The notes under the pieces are model-generated. The model saw only the letters and a program-made list of their open reading frames with translations, was not told the DNA's origin and ran no database searches. 64,000 nucleotides of DNA, taken from the NCBI GenBank assembly GCA_963762255.1, contig CAVXKA010000002.1, positions 736,001 to 800,000 on the forward strand, given 5' to 3'. A program made the translations under genes and the position numbers. The stretch comes from Candidatus Eiseniibacteriota bacterium (lineage in GTDB: Bacteria > Eisenbacteria > RBG-16-71-46 > JABDJR01). Shown here in pieces: positions 52,149-60,345 of the stretch (position 1 is the stretch's first letter; the number at the start of each line of letters is the position of its first letter).

Positions 52149-52349
52149 GTGACCGAATCCACAGGGAAGAAGGCGTGCCTGGTCTGCCACCGGAGCGCGG
52201 ACGAGACGCCGTTGGTGCATCTGGTCTATCGCGAGAGCGTGCTCTGGATCTGCCCGCAGCACTTACCGGTCTTGATCCATCATCCGGATCAGTTGATCGG
52301 CACGCTGCCGGGGGCGGAGGGGTTGAAGCCGGCGGAGGGTCTCGACTGA
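52149..52349 (+). CDS. Small putative zinc-binding protein
   Basis: CLVC...WICPQHLP.LIH; SD GAGGAG. Confidence 0.7.
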   Translation: MTESTGKKACLVCHRSADETPLVHLVYRESVLWICPQHLPVLIHHPDQLIGTLPGAEGLKPAEGLD

Positions 52350-52386
52350 CGCGTGGGACGGCGTGGCCGGCGGCCTCACCGCCGGC

Positions 52387-52417
52387 TGATCACCCGGGTG
52401 ATCACCCGGGTGATCAC
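52387..52417. repeat. (TGATCACCCGGG)2-TGATCAC palindromic tandem (dispersed repeat, copy 2)
   Basis: 2.6 perfect 12-bp units, intergenic. Confidence 0.85.
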
Positions 52418-52577
52418 GCATCCCGGCGGCGGCCTATCCACCAACGCCCGCTGGCAGAGTCTGGTACGTTCGCCGATGCGCCATCCCGCCTGCGGAGCTA
52501 TGCTGGACGGCGTGTGTGACTACGAAGGTCTTTCCAATTCACGTTAGGCCGCCAGCCATAATCATAGGAGGAGAACA

Positions 52578-53216
52578 ATGAGCAAAGTATTCGTGAACAT
52601 CGGGCTTAGCCTTGACGGCTACATGACACCGGAAGGCATGACTCTGGAAAATTGGGATACGCCTGATCACAAGGACTGGGGAGTAAAGTGGGGTGCACTG
52701 ATGGGTTGGATTCACAATCTGCAGTATTTCCGCGAGAACCTCAAGCTCGGACCAGGGGGACAGACCGGGCCGGTCAATGACATGCTTCGTCACACCACAG
52801 AGCGCATCGGCGCAAACATTATGGGCAAGCGAATGTTCGACGTTGGCGAACGCGCATGGCCTGAGGAGGCCCCGTTTCATACTCCTGTTTATGTTCTTAC
52901 CCATGAGAAGCGCGAACCTTGGATTCGGCCGGGTGGGACGACGTTCGACTTCGTAAACGATGGCCCGGAAAGTGCTCTTGAGCAGGCCATGGAGTCTGCG
53001 GGCGGTCGCGATATTCGCATCGCCGGCGGCGCGGATGTGATCCAGCAGTACCTGAACCTGGGCGTCATCGACGAGCTGGAAATCGCCCTGGCGCCCGTGG
53101 TGTTCGGCGGTGGGAGACGACTCTTCGAAAACCTGCGCGAGCCGATGCCGCAGTTTCGAATTGACCAAGTGCTCCATGGTCCGGCAGCTACCCACTTGCG
53201 CTATGTGCGTGAGTAA
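52578..53216 (+). CDS. Dihydrofolate reductase / RibD C-terminal family protein
   Basis: SLDGY, IMGKRMF, PVYVLTH, IAGGA, IDEL...AP...GGGRRLF. Confidence 0.9.
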   Translation: MSKVFVNIGLSLDGYMTPEGMTLENWDTPDHKDWGVKWGALMGWIHNLQYFRENLKLGPGGQTGPVNDMLRHTTERIGANIMGKRMFDVGERAWPEEAPFHTPVYVLTHEKREPWIRPGGTTFDFVNDGPESALEQAMESAGGRDIRIAGGADVIQQYLNLGVIDELEIALAPVVFGGGRRLFENLREPMPQFRIDQVLHGPAATHLRYVRE

Positions 53217-53221
53217 GGTCG

Positions 53222-53285
53222 GCCTAACAACCGGTTGCAGCGGACGGTCCGCTGCGCGGCCCGCCGCTGAACCGGAGCGTTGCCG
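53222..53285 (+). other. attC recombination site (64 bp)
   Basis: RYYYAAC (GCCTAAC)...CGGTTGCAGCGG...CCGCTGAACCG...GTT, an imperfect inverted repeat with one extrahelical base. Confidence 0.88.
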
Positions 53286-53325
53286 GGCTCTTGGGGACAG
53301 CGTTGGGTTGAGAGATAGTGTGCCC

Positions 53326-53541
53326 GTGAGTGATCCTGCAGTCGACATCAGCAGTCTGACCCCAGAGCAGAAGCTCCGCCTGATCGAGGAGCTCTGGGAT
53401 CGTCTGTCTGATGACGAGATCCCCATTACTGAGGCTCAGAGGCAGGAACTGGAGCGCAGGCTTGCTGACCTGGAGAGCAACCCCGACAAAGTCGTCCCTT
53501 GGGATGAAGTCCGGCGCCGTCTCCAGGACCGCATCACGTAA
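53326..53541 (+). CDS. Putative addiction module antitoxin (TIGR02574-like)
   Basis: LTPEQKLRLIEELWDRL....TEAQRQELERRL.......VPWDEV. Confidence 0.85.
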   Translation: MSDPAVDISSLTPEQKLRLIEELWDRLSDDEIPITEAQRQELERRLADLESNPDKVVPWDEVRRRLQDRIT

Positions 53542-53717
53542 CGCTTGTATTCACTGAGACCGCACAGGTAGAGACGGAAGCTGCGACTGCGTGGTACGAA
53601 GCGCAACGATCGAGGCTCGGAGTGGAATTCCTCGCCGCTCTCGACGCCGCGATTGAAGCAGTCCGCATGCATCCAGAGGCCTATCCGGTTGCACTTCGGG
53701 ATATTCGAATGGCCTGA
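53538..53717 (+). pseudogene. Truncated ParE/RelE toxin remnant
   Basis: VTLVFTETAQVETEAATAWYEAQRSRLGVEFLAALDAAIEAVRMHPEAYP...IRMA*. GTA sits where a coupled GTG start is expected, and the frame stops after 59 codons. Confidence 0.75.
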
Positions 53718-53736
53718 AGCAGCGCGGCGCCGCGCC

Positions 53737-53756
53737 GTGCTCACCCGGGTGATCAC
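53737..53756. repeat. GTGCTCACCCGGGTGATCAC (dispersed repeat, copy 3)
   Basis: One mismatch to copy 1; overlaps the aminotransferase stop codon. Confidence 0.8.
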
Positions 53757-54979
53757 GACACCTCGGCGAGCGCCTCCCCCATCGTCACAGCCGCCTCGTC
53801 GAGCACCTCTTCCGGCGTGTTGAGCGGCGGCGCCAACCGCACCACGTTGTCGTGGTGCAGCGTCCAGCCCAACAACAGTCCGCGGTCGCGACACGCGCTG
53901 GTGAACGCGCTCGTGAGCGCCGCCGACGCGAACTCGATCCCGATGAAGAGCCCGAGCCCGCGCACCTCGCGCACACCGGGCCGCGCGCCAAGCGCTTCTC
54001 GCAGCCGCGCCGCGAACCGCGCACCCACGCGCTCCGACCGCTCGACCAGCCCGTCGCGCCGCATCACGCGCAGCGCCGCGCGCCCCGCCGCGCACGACAC
54101 CGGATGCCCGCCGAAGGTGGTCACGTGCGAGAGCGGCGGATCATGGGTCAGGGTCTCCATCAACGCGCTCGCTCCGGCGAACGCGCCCAACGGATAGCCT
54201 CCCCCCAACGCTTTCGCGAGCACGATCACGTCGGGCACGACTCCCCAGCGCTCGCAGGCGAACAACCGTCCGGTCCGCCCGAACCCGGTCATGACTTCGT
54301 CCAGGATGAGGAGCGCCCCCACCTCGCGGCAGCGCCGGGCCAACGCAGGGAGAAAGTCGCTGGGGGGAATGCAGACGCCCCCTTCGCCCTGAACCGGCTC
54401 CACGATGACCCCGGCCACGCTGTCATCCAGAGCCCCCAAGGCCACCACATCCCCGAACGGCAGCAGCCTCACAGGGCCGAGAAGCGGCTTGAAGGGATCC
54501 TGGTAGACCGCACTCCCGGCGACGCTTAGCGCGCCGAATGTGTCGCCGTGATACGCCCCGCTGAAGGCGACGAATCCCGCGCGCCCGGTGGCCTTGCGGG
54601 CGAGCTTGAGCGCCCCCTCCACCGCCTCGGCGCCGCTGTTCACGAAGAACACGCGGTCGATCGGCGCGGGCAGCACCTCGGCCAGCTCCGCCGCGTAGAG
54701 CGCCTGCTCCTCCAGCACGTACTCGCCGTACACCATCACGTGGTGATAGCGCCGATTCTGTCGCTCCACCGCGGCGACCACTTCCGGGTGCGTGTGACCG
54801 ATGTTGGCCACTGCGATCCCGGCCAGCAGATCCAGGTAGCGATGGCCGTCGGGGGTGTGGATGTAGGGGCCCTCGGCGCGGTCCACCACGATGCCGATGG
54901 GGCCCGCCGAGGTCCACGCGAGATGCTCCGCGAAGGCCCGCCCCCAGCTCTCGAAATCGCTTGAACTTGAATCGGCCAT
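53753..54979 (-). CDS. Class III PLP aminotransferase (acetylornithine aminotransferase-like)
   Basis: YLDLLAGIAV..IGH, NSGAEAVEGA, YHGDT, EPVQGEGG, DEVMTGFGRTG, LAKALGGG and TTFGGHP. Confidence 0.93.
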   Translation of the reverse strand: MADSSSSDFESWGRAFAEHLAWTSAGPIGIVVDRAEGPYIHTPDGHRYLDLLAGIAVANIGHTHPEVVAAVERQNRRYHHVMVYGEYVLEEQALYAAELAEVLPAPIDRVFFVNSGAEAVEGALKLARKATGRAGFVAFSGAYHGDTFGALSVAGSAVYQDPFKPLLGPVRLLPFGDVVALGALDDSVAGVIVEPVQGEGGVCIPPSDFLPALARRCREVGALLILDEVMTGFGRTGRLFACERWGVVPDVIVLAKALGGGYPLGAFAGASALMETLTHDPPLSHVTTFGGHPVSCAAGRAALRVMRRDGLVERSERVGARFAARLREALGARPGVREVRGLGLFIGIEFASAALTSAFTSACRDRGLLLGWTLHHDNVVRLAPPLNTPEEVLDEAAVTMGEALAEVS

Positions 54980-55018
54980 GTGGATTTCCGATCGATGGTT
55001 ACAGAGAGGCCAGCTCAG

Positions 55019-56332
55019 TCAGCAGCGGCCGCGCCGCAGCAACTCCGCCAAGCCCGAACGCCCATCCGCTCGCCATCCCGCGGGAGGATCCTGGATGGTC
55101 TCGAGCGGAGCTGCGAAGGCCACGCCCGCATCACGCGCCGCTTCCGTGTACGTCCCCGCCCGATTGCCGAGGCAAGCGTAACCGATCCCCTGCACCTCGT
55201 CGCGGTGCGCCGCGAGAAGCTCGCTCAGCTCGCGCGCCCGTGGAAGCGCCGTCACCCGAACCACGCGCGCCGCAGGGCCCACCTCCAGGGAAAGCGCGTC
55301 ACCCCAGACCACGCCCCACGCCGGCAGCGCCGGAGCGATGATCCCACGACGCCGACCATCCCCCATCTCGTAGCGCGCGCGATGGGCAAGGATCGCCGAT
55401 GTCTGCGCGGCGGTGCGTGGCGGCGAAGGCCACCGCCGCTCCCACCCCGCGAGCGCCTCAGCAAGCCGCGCCGCAAATCGCCCCCGCTCCCCCGCCACGA
55501 ACAGGATGCGCGGTGAGAGGCACCCGGCCTGCTCCCAGAGCACGATCTCGCGCGCGATGCGCGACCACCACGAAGCAGGCGCATCCCGCCAGCCGCCTCC
55601 CACGATGCCGATCGAGATGCGCGGGCCGTATACGAGGAGAGGTAGAGGCTCATCGCTCGACCGCTGCGCGACCCGCGCGGTCACGGATCGCACCATCTCG
55701 GCGCCGCCGCTGGCCACCACGAGGCCGGCCTTCGCAAAGATCTCTCGCTCGACGGCCTCGTCGCCCCCCTTCCACTGCGCCACCGCAACCGCGCGGCCGA
55801 GCGCCGGCGCGGCACGATCGAGGCTCTCCTTGAAGAGACGCGCGGTGACAGGCTCCTCCGCCGCCGGCTTGAGTATCACCGCGCTTCGCGCAAGCAGCGC
55901 CTCCAACGCCGCGGGTATTGCGAGCCCGGCCACGTTGCCGGCCAGGATCTGCGCCACGACCTCGGGGCCGCGCGGGGCGGGACCCCGTGCCGTGCGGCGT
56001 CCCGCGACGGCGGCGGCGCGCCGGCCTGCGGGCCCGACCGGCGCCCCCGCCTCCACCCGCGCGTCCGCGAGCCAGCGCGCAAGCTTCACGCGCCCGTGCG
56101 CCGCGATCATGCGCCTAAGCCCAAACGCGAGCATCGCCTCACTCATGCCGGTGTCGGCCGCGAGTTCCGCGGCCGCGCGGGCGCCAAGACCTGCCGGTCC
56201 CTTCCACAACGTCAGCGCTGCGCCGAGTCCCACCAGCAACTCGTCATCGCTCATCACGGCCAACTCGTGCGCGGCCGCGCGCAGGCGCGCGAACACCGCT
56301 TCACCCGGCACGTACGAGGGCGGCTTCTTCAT
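55019..56332 (-). CDS. LuxC-like acyl-CoA/acyl-protein reductase
   Basis: ILAGNV, VILKP, WKGG, SGG, YGPRIS and EQAGCLSP (catalytic Cys context). Confidence 0.8.
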   Translation of the reverse strand: MKKPPSYVPGEAVFARLRAAAHELAVMSDDELLVGLGAALTLWKGPAGLGARAAAELAADTGMSEAMLAFGLRRMIAAHGRVKLARWLADARVEAGAPVGPAGRRAAAVAGRRTARGPAPRGPEVVAQILAGNVAGLAIPAALEALLARSAVILKPAAEEPVTARLFKESLDRAAPALGRAVAVAQWKGGDEAVEREIFAKAGLVVASGGAEMVRSVTARVAQRSSDEPLPLLVYGPRISIGIVGGGWRDAPASWWSRIAREIVLWEQAGCLSPRILFVAGERGRFAARLAEALAGWERRWPSPPRTAAQTSAILAHRARYEMGDGRRRGIIAPALPAWGVVWGDALSLEVGPAARVVRVTALPRARELSELLAAHRDEVQGIGYACLGNRAGTYTEAARDAGVAFAAPLETIQDPPAGWRADGRSGLAELLRRGRC

Positions 56333-57417
56333 CCGCCCCCCAAGAGCTCCTCGGTGACGAGCGAGCAGCCGCGCAGCTCGGCGTCCCGCGCGCGCCCGCG
56401 TAGGAGGAACCCTCCCTCGCGCATCGCGCCAAGGTCTTCGGTCACGATCGCGCTCACCGTCCAGGCGTTGGCCAGATCGACGTGCGCCAAGAGCCCGTCA
56501 ACACCCGCCGGCGCGGCACCGAGCGTCGCGGGATCGAGCACGCGCGTGCGTACCCAGTGCGGGCTCTCGTAGATCCGTTCGCCCGGCCCCGGCAGGCCGG
56601 CGACGCAACAGGCCAGCGTGGATTCGTAGAACTGCGAGCACATCTCGGTCATCCCATACTCCCCCACGACGTGCGTCAAGGGCACGCCCAGGCGCTCTTC
56701 GTAGAGGCGCATCAGTTCGTCACGCGAGATCTCGCGCCCGCGCCCCTTGGTTCCGCCGGTGTCCATGACGCGGCTTCCCGCGGGGAGCGAGAACCGCTCG
56801 CCGCGCGGAACGAGTTCATCGAGAACATGGGCGAATGCGAACGCGGTGCCGAGGAGAAGCACGGGCTCCTCGGCGCGGACCACATCCCGAAGCGCCGCCA
56901 GCAACCCGTCAAGATCGGCCGTGGGAGGTTCGAAGAACCGCCCGCTTCCCGCCGCACCGAAGCGCTCCAGCGCGCGCTCGACCATGTAGGAAAGCGAACT
57001 GTCCGGGAGCGCGGCCTCGCTGGGGATCAACGACAGGATGCGCATGCGCCCGCGATCGGGAAGGACGTGGCGGCGGAACGGCTCCTCCCATGCCGCCTCG
57101 TAGAGCGAGAGATCGGGGAGATGATGACGGCCTCGCCGATCCACCCCCGTCGTGGTCCCGCTGGTCGCGAAGACGCGAGCGGCGGGCGCGGTGGAGAGCA
57201 CCGCTTCCTTGAAGGCCGCGGTGGGGACGGCGGGGATGTCCTCCCACGTGCGAACGCGCTCCGGGATCAGGCCTCGCGACCTGCACAGTCGCCGGTACGG
57301 CTCGTTCTGCGCGAACTGGTACGCGAAGACCTCCAGTGCCACCGAATCGAAGTCGTCGCCGGAAGGATCGCGGATGAAGTGAAGCGCGCGCTCCACCGCA
57401 TCGGGGCGCCCGATCAT
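56329..57417 (-). CDS. LuxE-like acyl-protein synthetase
   Basis: F.YQ...N..YR, IPAVP..AFK, TSGTT, SSL.YM, TGGTKG, EYGMTE, TEDLG and GR....ELRGCS (acylated Cys context). Confidence 0.88.
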   Translation of the reverse strand: MIGRPDAVERALHFIRDPSGDDFDSVALEVFAYQFAQNEPYRRLCRSRGLIPERVRTWEDIPAVPTAAFKEAVLSTAPAARVFATSGTTTGVDRRGRHHLPDLSLYEAAWEEPFRRHVLPDRGRMRILSLIPSEAALPDSSLSYMVERALERFGAAGSGRFFEPPTADLDGLLAALRDVVRAEEPVLLLGTAFAFAHVLDELVPRGERFSLPAGSRVMDTGGTKGRGREISRDELMRLYEERLGVPLTHVVGEYGMTEMCSQFYESTLACCVAGLPGPGERIYESPHWVRTRVLDPATLGAAPAGVDGLLAHVDLANAWTVSAIVTEDLGAMREGGFLLRGRARDAELRGCSLVTEELLGGG

Positions 57418-60071
57418 CGCGCCAGCACCAGCTTGTGCGTGCGCTCTTCCCCCATCGCCTCCAGACGGTAGAAGTACACCCCCACGGCCACCGCTTCGCC
57501 GCGCTCGTTCCGGCCGTCCCAGACTGCTTCGTGCGAGCCGGCGGCGAAGACGCCGTCGACGACCGTGCGAACGGCGCGCCCGGATGCGTCAAAGACTCGC
57601 AACGTCGCCCGACCCGGCCGAGGGAGCGTGAAGGAGATGCGCGACGCGGCGCGGAATGGATTCGGCCGGCTCGCGGCAAGAGCCAAGGCCGCCCCCAGCG
57701 CATCGGCGGCGCCAACCTCCACGGGTCCGTACCACGTGACGCCCCCCGTGCGCGTCAGCTCGGCCAGCCAGTAGCGCAGCCGCCCCTCCGGGGCGCGATC
57801 GTCCACGAACGCGTACGCCGAGGCTCCGCGCAACGGCGCCTCGGTGAGGCGCACCCGATCGCCCGGTGCGCTCTCGCGGTACACATCGAATCCCGCGTGA
57901 TCGCCGGAGGGCTCCGCTACCTCCCAGCGCAGATCCACACCCGCGCCCGACCGCTCCGCGGTAAAGCCCAGAAGCCTGACCGACACGAAACCCGAAGCGT
58001 CCCATCGGGCGAAGTTCTGCGACGAGCCTCCCCCAGCCACTGCGAACGCGCCGCCAACGTAGACGTCCGTGCCCGAGAGCATCAGCGCGCGCACTTCGCC
58101 GTCCACCCCTTCGCCGAGCGCCTGCCACGCAACGCCGTTCCACCGAGCCACCCCGCGCGCGGAGACGCTACCGATGGCGGTGAAGTCCCCCCCCATGTAG
58201 ACGGTGTCGCCGCGGGCTGCCACCGCGCGCACGGGACGCAGCTCGAGGCCCTCGCCCAACGCGCCGGACCATGCGCCGCCGTCCCACGCCGCGATCCCGT
58301 TCGCCGGCATACTCCCGGATCCGGTGAACGAACCTACGGCCACAATACGATCTCCTGCGGCAGCAAGACCCAGGACTTCTCCGTCGAGTCCTCCTCCGAG
58401 GGACGACCATACCGCGCCATCCCACCGTGCCACGTTGACCGCGGGGAATCCGCCCGCATTGTTGAAGAGCCCGCCGATGACCAAGCCGCCGGGAACCGTC
58501 ATCACCGCGTTCACCACGTAGGGCGGCTGGATACCTGTCCCGAGCGGTGCCCAGCGCGTGCCGTCCCACCGCGCGACCCGGTTCACCGACGAATCGCCGG
58601 CTGCGGTGAACGCGCCCGCCGCGTACAGCATGCCGTCCTCGTCCACCGCGAGCGATTGGCACCCCCCGTTGAGCCCCGGTCCCAGTGGATGCCAGGCACC
58701 TCCGTCCCACTTCGCGATGTTGAGAGTGGAGATCTCTCCCGCCATCGAGAAGCTTCCTCCGGCATAGATCGCTGCGGGGGTCACGGCGAGGCAGCGCACC
58801 GAGCCGTCGAGGCCGCTGCCCAAGGCGCTCCATCGCTCCCCATCCCAGAACGCGACGCTGCTCGCGATGACACCGCCCGCCACGGAGAAATCGCCGGCGA
58901 TGAAGACGCCGCCCCATCCCTGCACCACCGCGTTGACCGCGCCCTCGATGCCGGCGCCCAGAGCTTCCCAATTTGTGCTGTCCCAGACCGCGATCCCATG
59001 TGCGACGCGCTCCCCGGCGGAGTCGAAATCTCCGCCGGCACAGAGCCGACCTTCCGCGTCTGAGGCAAGGGCACGCACGACACCGTCGACTCCTTGCCCG
59101 ACCGGGGAGTACGTGCTCCCGTCCCACCGCGCCAGGTGGGCGACATCGTTGCCGGCGATGCCGGTGAACGACCCGGCAAGATAAAGGGATCCTCCCATTT
59201 CCATCATCGCCCGAACCACGCCGTTCGCACCGCCGCCCGAGGCGGCGTCCAACACGGAGCCGTCCCAACGTGCCAGGTACAGAGCGTCGGCGTCCCCAAC
59301 GTGGGTGAACGTCCCCCCGAGGAATAGCGCGCCCTGGTGCGCGGCGATCGCGTACACGGCCCCGTCGGTGCCCGAGCCCACACTCGACCACGCCGCCCCA
59401 TCCCACTGCGCCACGCAAGGGGCGGAGACTCCGCCGGCCTCGTCAAAGCTTCCCCCCACTACGACCCGACCGTCGAAGGCGGCGATGGCGTACACAGCGG
59501 CGGCGTCGCCTGGACTGTCGACACCCGTCCCCAACGCGGACCATGCGACGCCGTCCCATCGCGCAATCCGAGAGGCCGGTGTCGCCCCTACGCTATTGAA
59601 CTGCCCGCCCACGTAGAGTTGGCCGTCGATTGCGGCCAGCGCGTTCACTACGTAGTTAGGTCCGGCGCCCAGAGTCGACAATGAGGAGCCGTTCCAGAGC
59701 ACGAGATTGACGGCATCGATCTCTCCCGCTCGGGTGAAGAACCCGCCGATGGCGAGTCCTTGCGCCGTGACGGCCAGGGCATTCACGGTGGGGTGGACGG
59801 TCCCGTTGGTGCCGAGATGGGCCGGATCGCTCCAGCTCCGCCCATCCCAACAGGCGAACCCATTCGCCGCGACCCCTCCCGCCTGAGTGAAGTCCCCGCC
59901 GATGTAGAGTCGTCCATCGTAGAACGCGACAGCTTTCACGGTGCCGTCGACGCCGGGATAGCCGAACCGATCGTCCCAGCGCGGGTCCGTGGCTTGGGCG
60001 GCGGGAACGAAGACCCAACCGATGACGCAGAAGACAACCGGAACCCGGAGTGCAGCCAGCCGACCATGCAT
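57414..60071 (-). CDS. Secreted beta-propeller repeat protein (Rax2-like repeats) with FlgD-Ig/T9SS-like CTD
   Basis: About 13 repeats of V.A......LY.GG.F..AG......ARWDG..W..LG.G; PNPF...WDGR...GVYFYRL...KLVLAR. Confidence 0.85.
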   Translation of the reverse strand: MHGRLAALRVPVVFCVIGWVFVPAAQATDPRWDDRFGYPGVDGTVKAVAFYDGRLYIGGDFTQAGGVAANGFACWDGRSWSDPAHLGTNGTVHPTVNALAVTAQGLAIGGFFTRAGEIDAVNLVLWNGSSLSTLGAGPNYVVNALAAIDGQLYVGGQFNSVGATPASRIARWDGVAWSALGTGVDSPGDAAAVYAIAAFDGRVVVGGSFDEAGGVSAPCVAQWDGAAWSSVGSGTDGAVYAIAAHQGALFLGGTFTHVGDADALYLARWDGSVLDAASGGGANGVVRAMMEMGGSLYLAGSFTGIAGNDVAHLARWDGSTYSPVGQGVDGVVRALASDAEGRLCAGGDFDSAGERVAHGIAVWDSTNWEALGAGIEGAVNAVVQGWGGVFIAGDFSVAGGVIASSVAFWDGERWSALGSGLDGSVRCLAVTPAAIYAGGSFSMAGEISTLNIAKWDGGAWHPLGPGLNGGCQSLAVDEDGMLYAAGAFTAAGDSSVNRVARWDGTRWAPLGTGIQPPYVVNAVMTVPGGLVIGGLFNNAGGFPAVNVARWDGAVWSSLGGGLDGEVLGLAAAGDRIVAVGSFTGSGSMPANGIAAWDGGAWSGALGEGLELRPVRAVAARGDTVYMGGDFTAIGSVSARGVARWNGVAWQALGEGVDGEVRALMLSGTDVYVGGAFAVAGGGSSQNFARWDASGFVSVRLLGFTAERSGAGVDLRWEVAEPSGDHAGFDVYRESAPGDRVRLTEAPLRGASAYAFVDDRAPEGRLRYWLAELTRTGGVTWYGPVEVGAADALGAALALAASRPNPFRAASRISFTLPRPGRATLRVFDASGRAVRTVVDGVFAAGSHEAVWDGRNERGEAVAVGVYFYRLEAMGEERTHKLVLAR

Positions 60072-60203
60072 GACTCAAGTCCCCATGTGTAAGCCCGTGA
60101 CCGAGAATATAGCGCCAAGGCGGGAGACGCGCAGAGTAAACCGGACAAACTTACTCGTATTTGTCTCGTTTTCATCGATCCCCTTTATCCCGAGAATGGA
60201 TGG

Positions 60204-60231
60204 TCGACAACCCGTCTCCCATGGATAGAAT
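60204..60231 (+). promoter_or_regulatory. Putative sigma70 promoter for the cytochrome gene
   Basis: TCGACA-16 bp-TAGAAT, which would start transcription near 60238. Confidence 0.45.
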
Positions 60232-60247
60232 CCGCCACAGTTGATGA

Positions 60248-60328
60248 CAGCGAGGCAAGCAACCCAGGCTCAACGGTCTGGCGCAAAGATCCGGTGGTTC
60301 CACGGCCCTGCGACCGCCGGATGACAAG
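60248..60328 (+). ncRNA. Candidate cyclic-dinucleotide (GEMM-I-like) riboswitch variant
   Basis: GCAA-stem(CCAGGC/GTCTGG)-CGCAAAG-stem(ATCCGGTGGT/ACCGCCGGAT)-GAC in the 5' UTR. It lacks the canonical GNRA loop and receptor. Confidence 0.4.
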
Positions 60329-60345
60329 TGGATAAGGAGTGTGGG

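Larger units (their letters stand above)
52543..53285 (+). mobile_element. Integron gene cassette without an integrase in the window
   Basis: Begins with core site GTTAGGC(C), which is exactly complementary to (G)GCCTAAC after the gene. Single ORF, lower GC, ends in an attC. Confidence 0.85.

Noticed and set aside
52387-52417. Mini CRISPR array
   Set aside because: The units are contiguous 12-mers with no spacers.
52578-53216. Trimethoprim-resistance dfr cassette
   Set aside because: The length (212 aa) and motifs fit the RibD-C-like family rather than DfrA or DfrB.
55019-57417. Bioluminescence (lux) operon
   Set aside because: No luxA, luxB, luxD or luxG is present.
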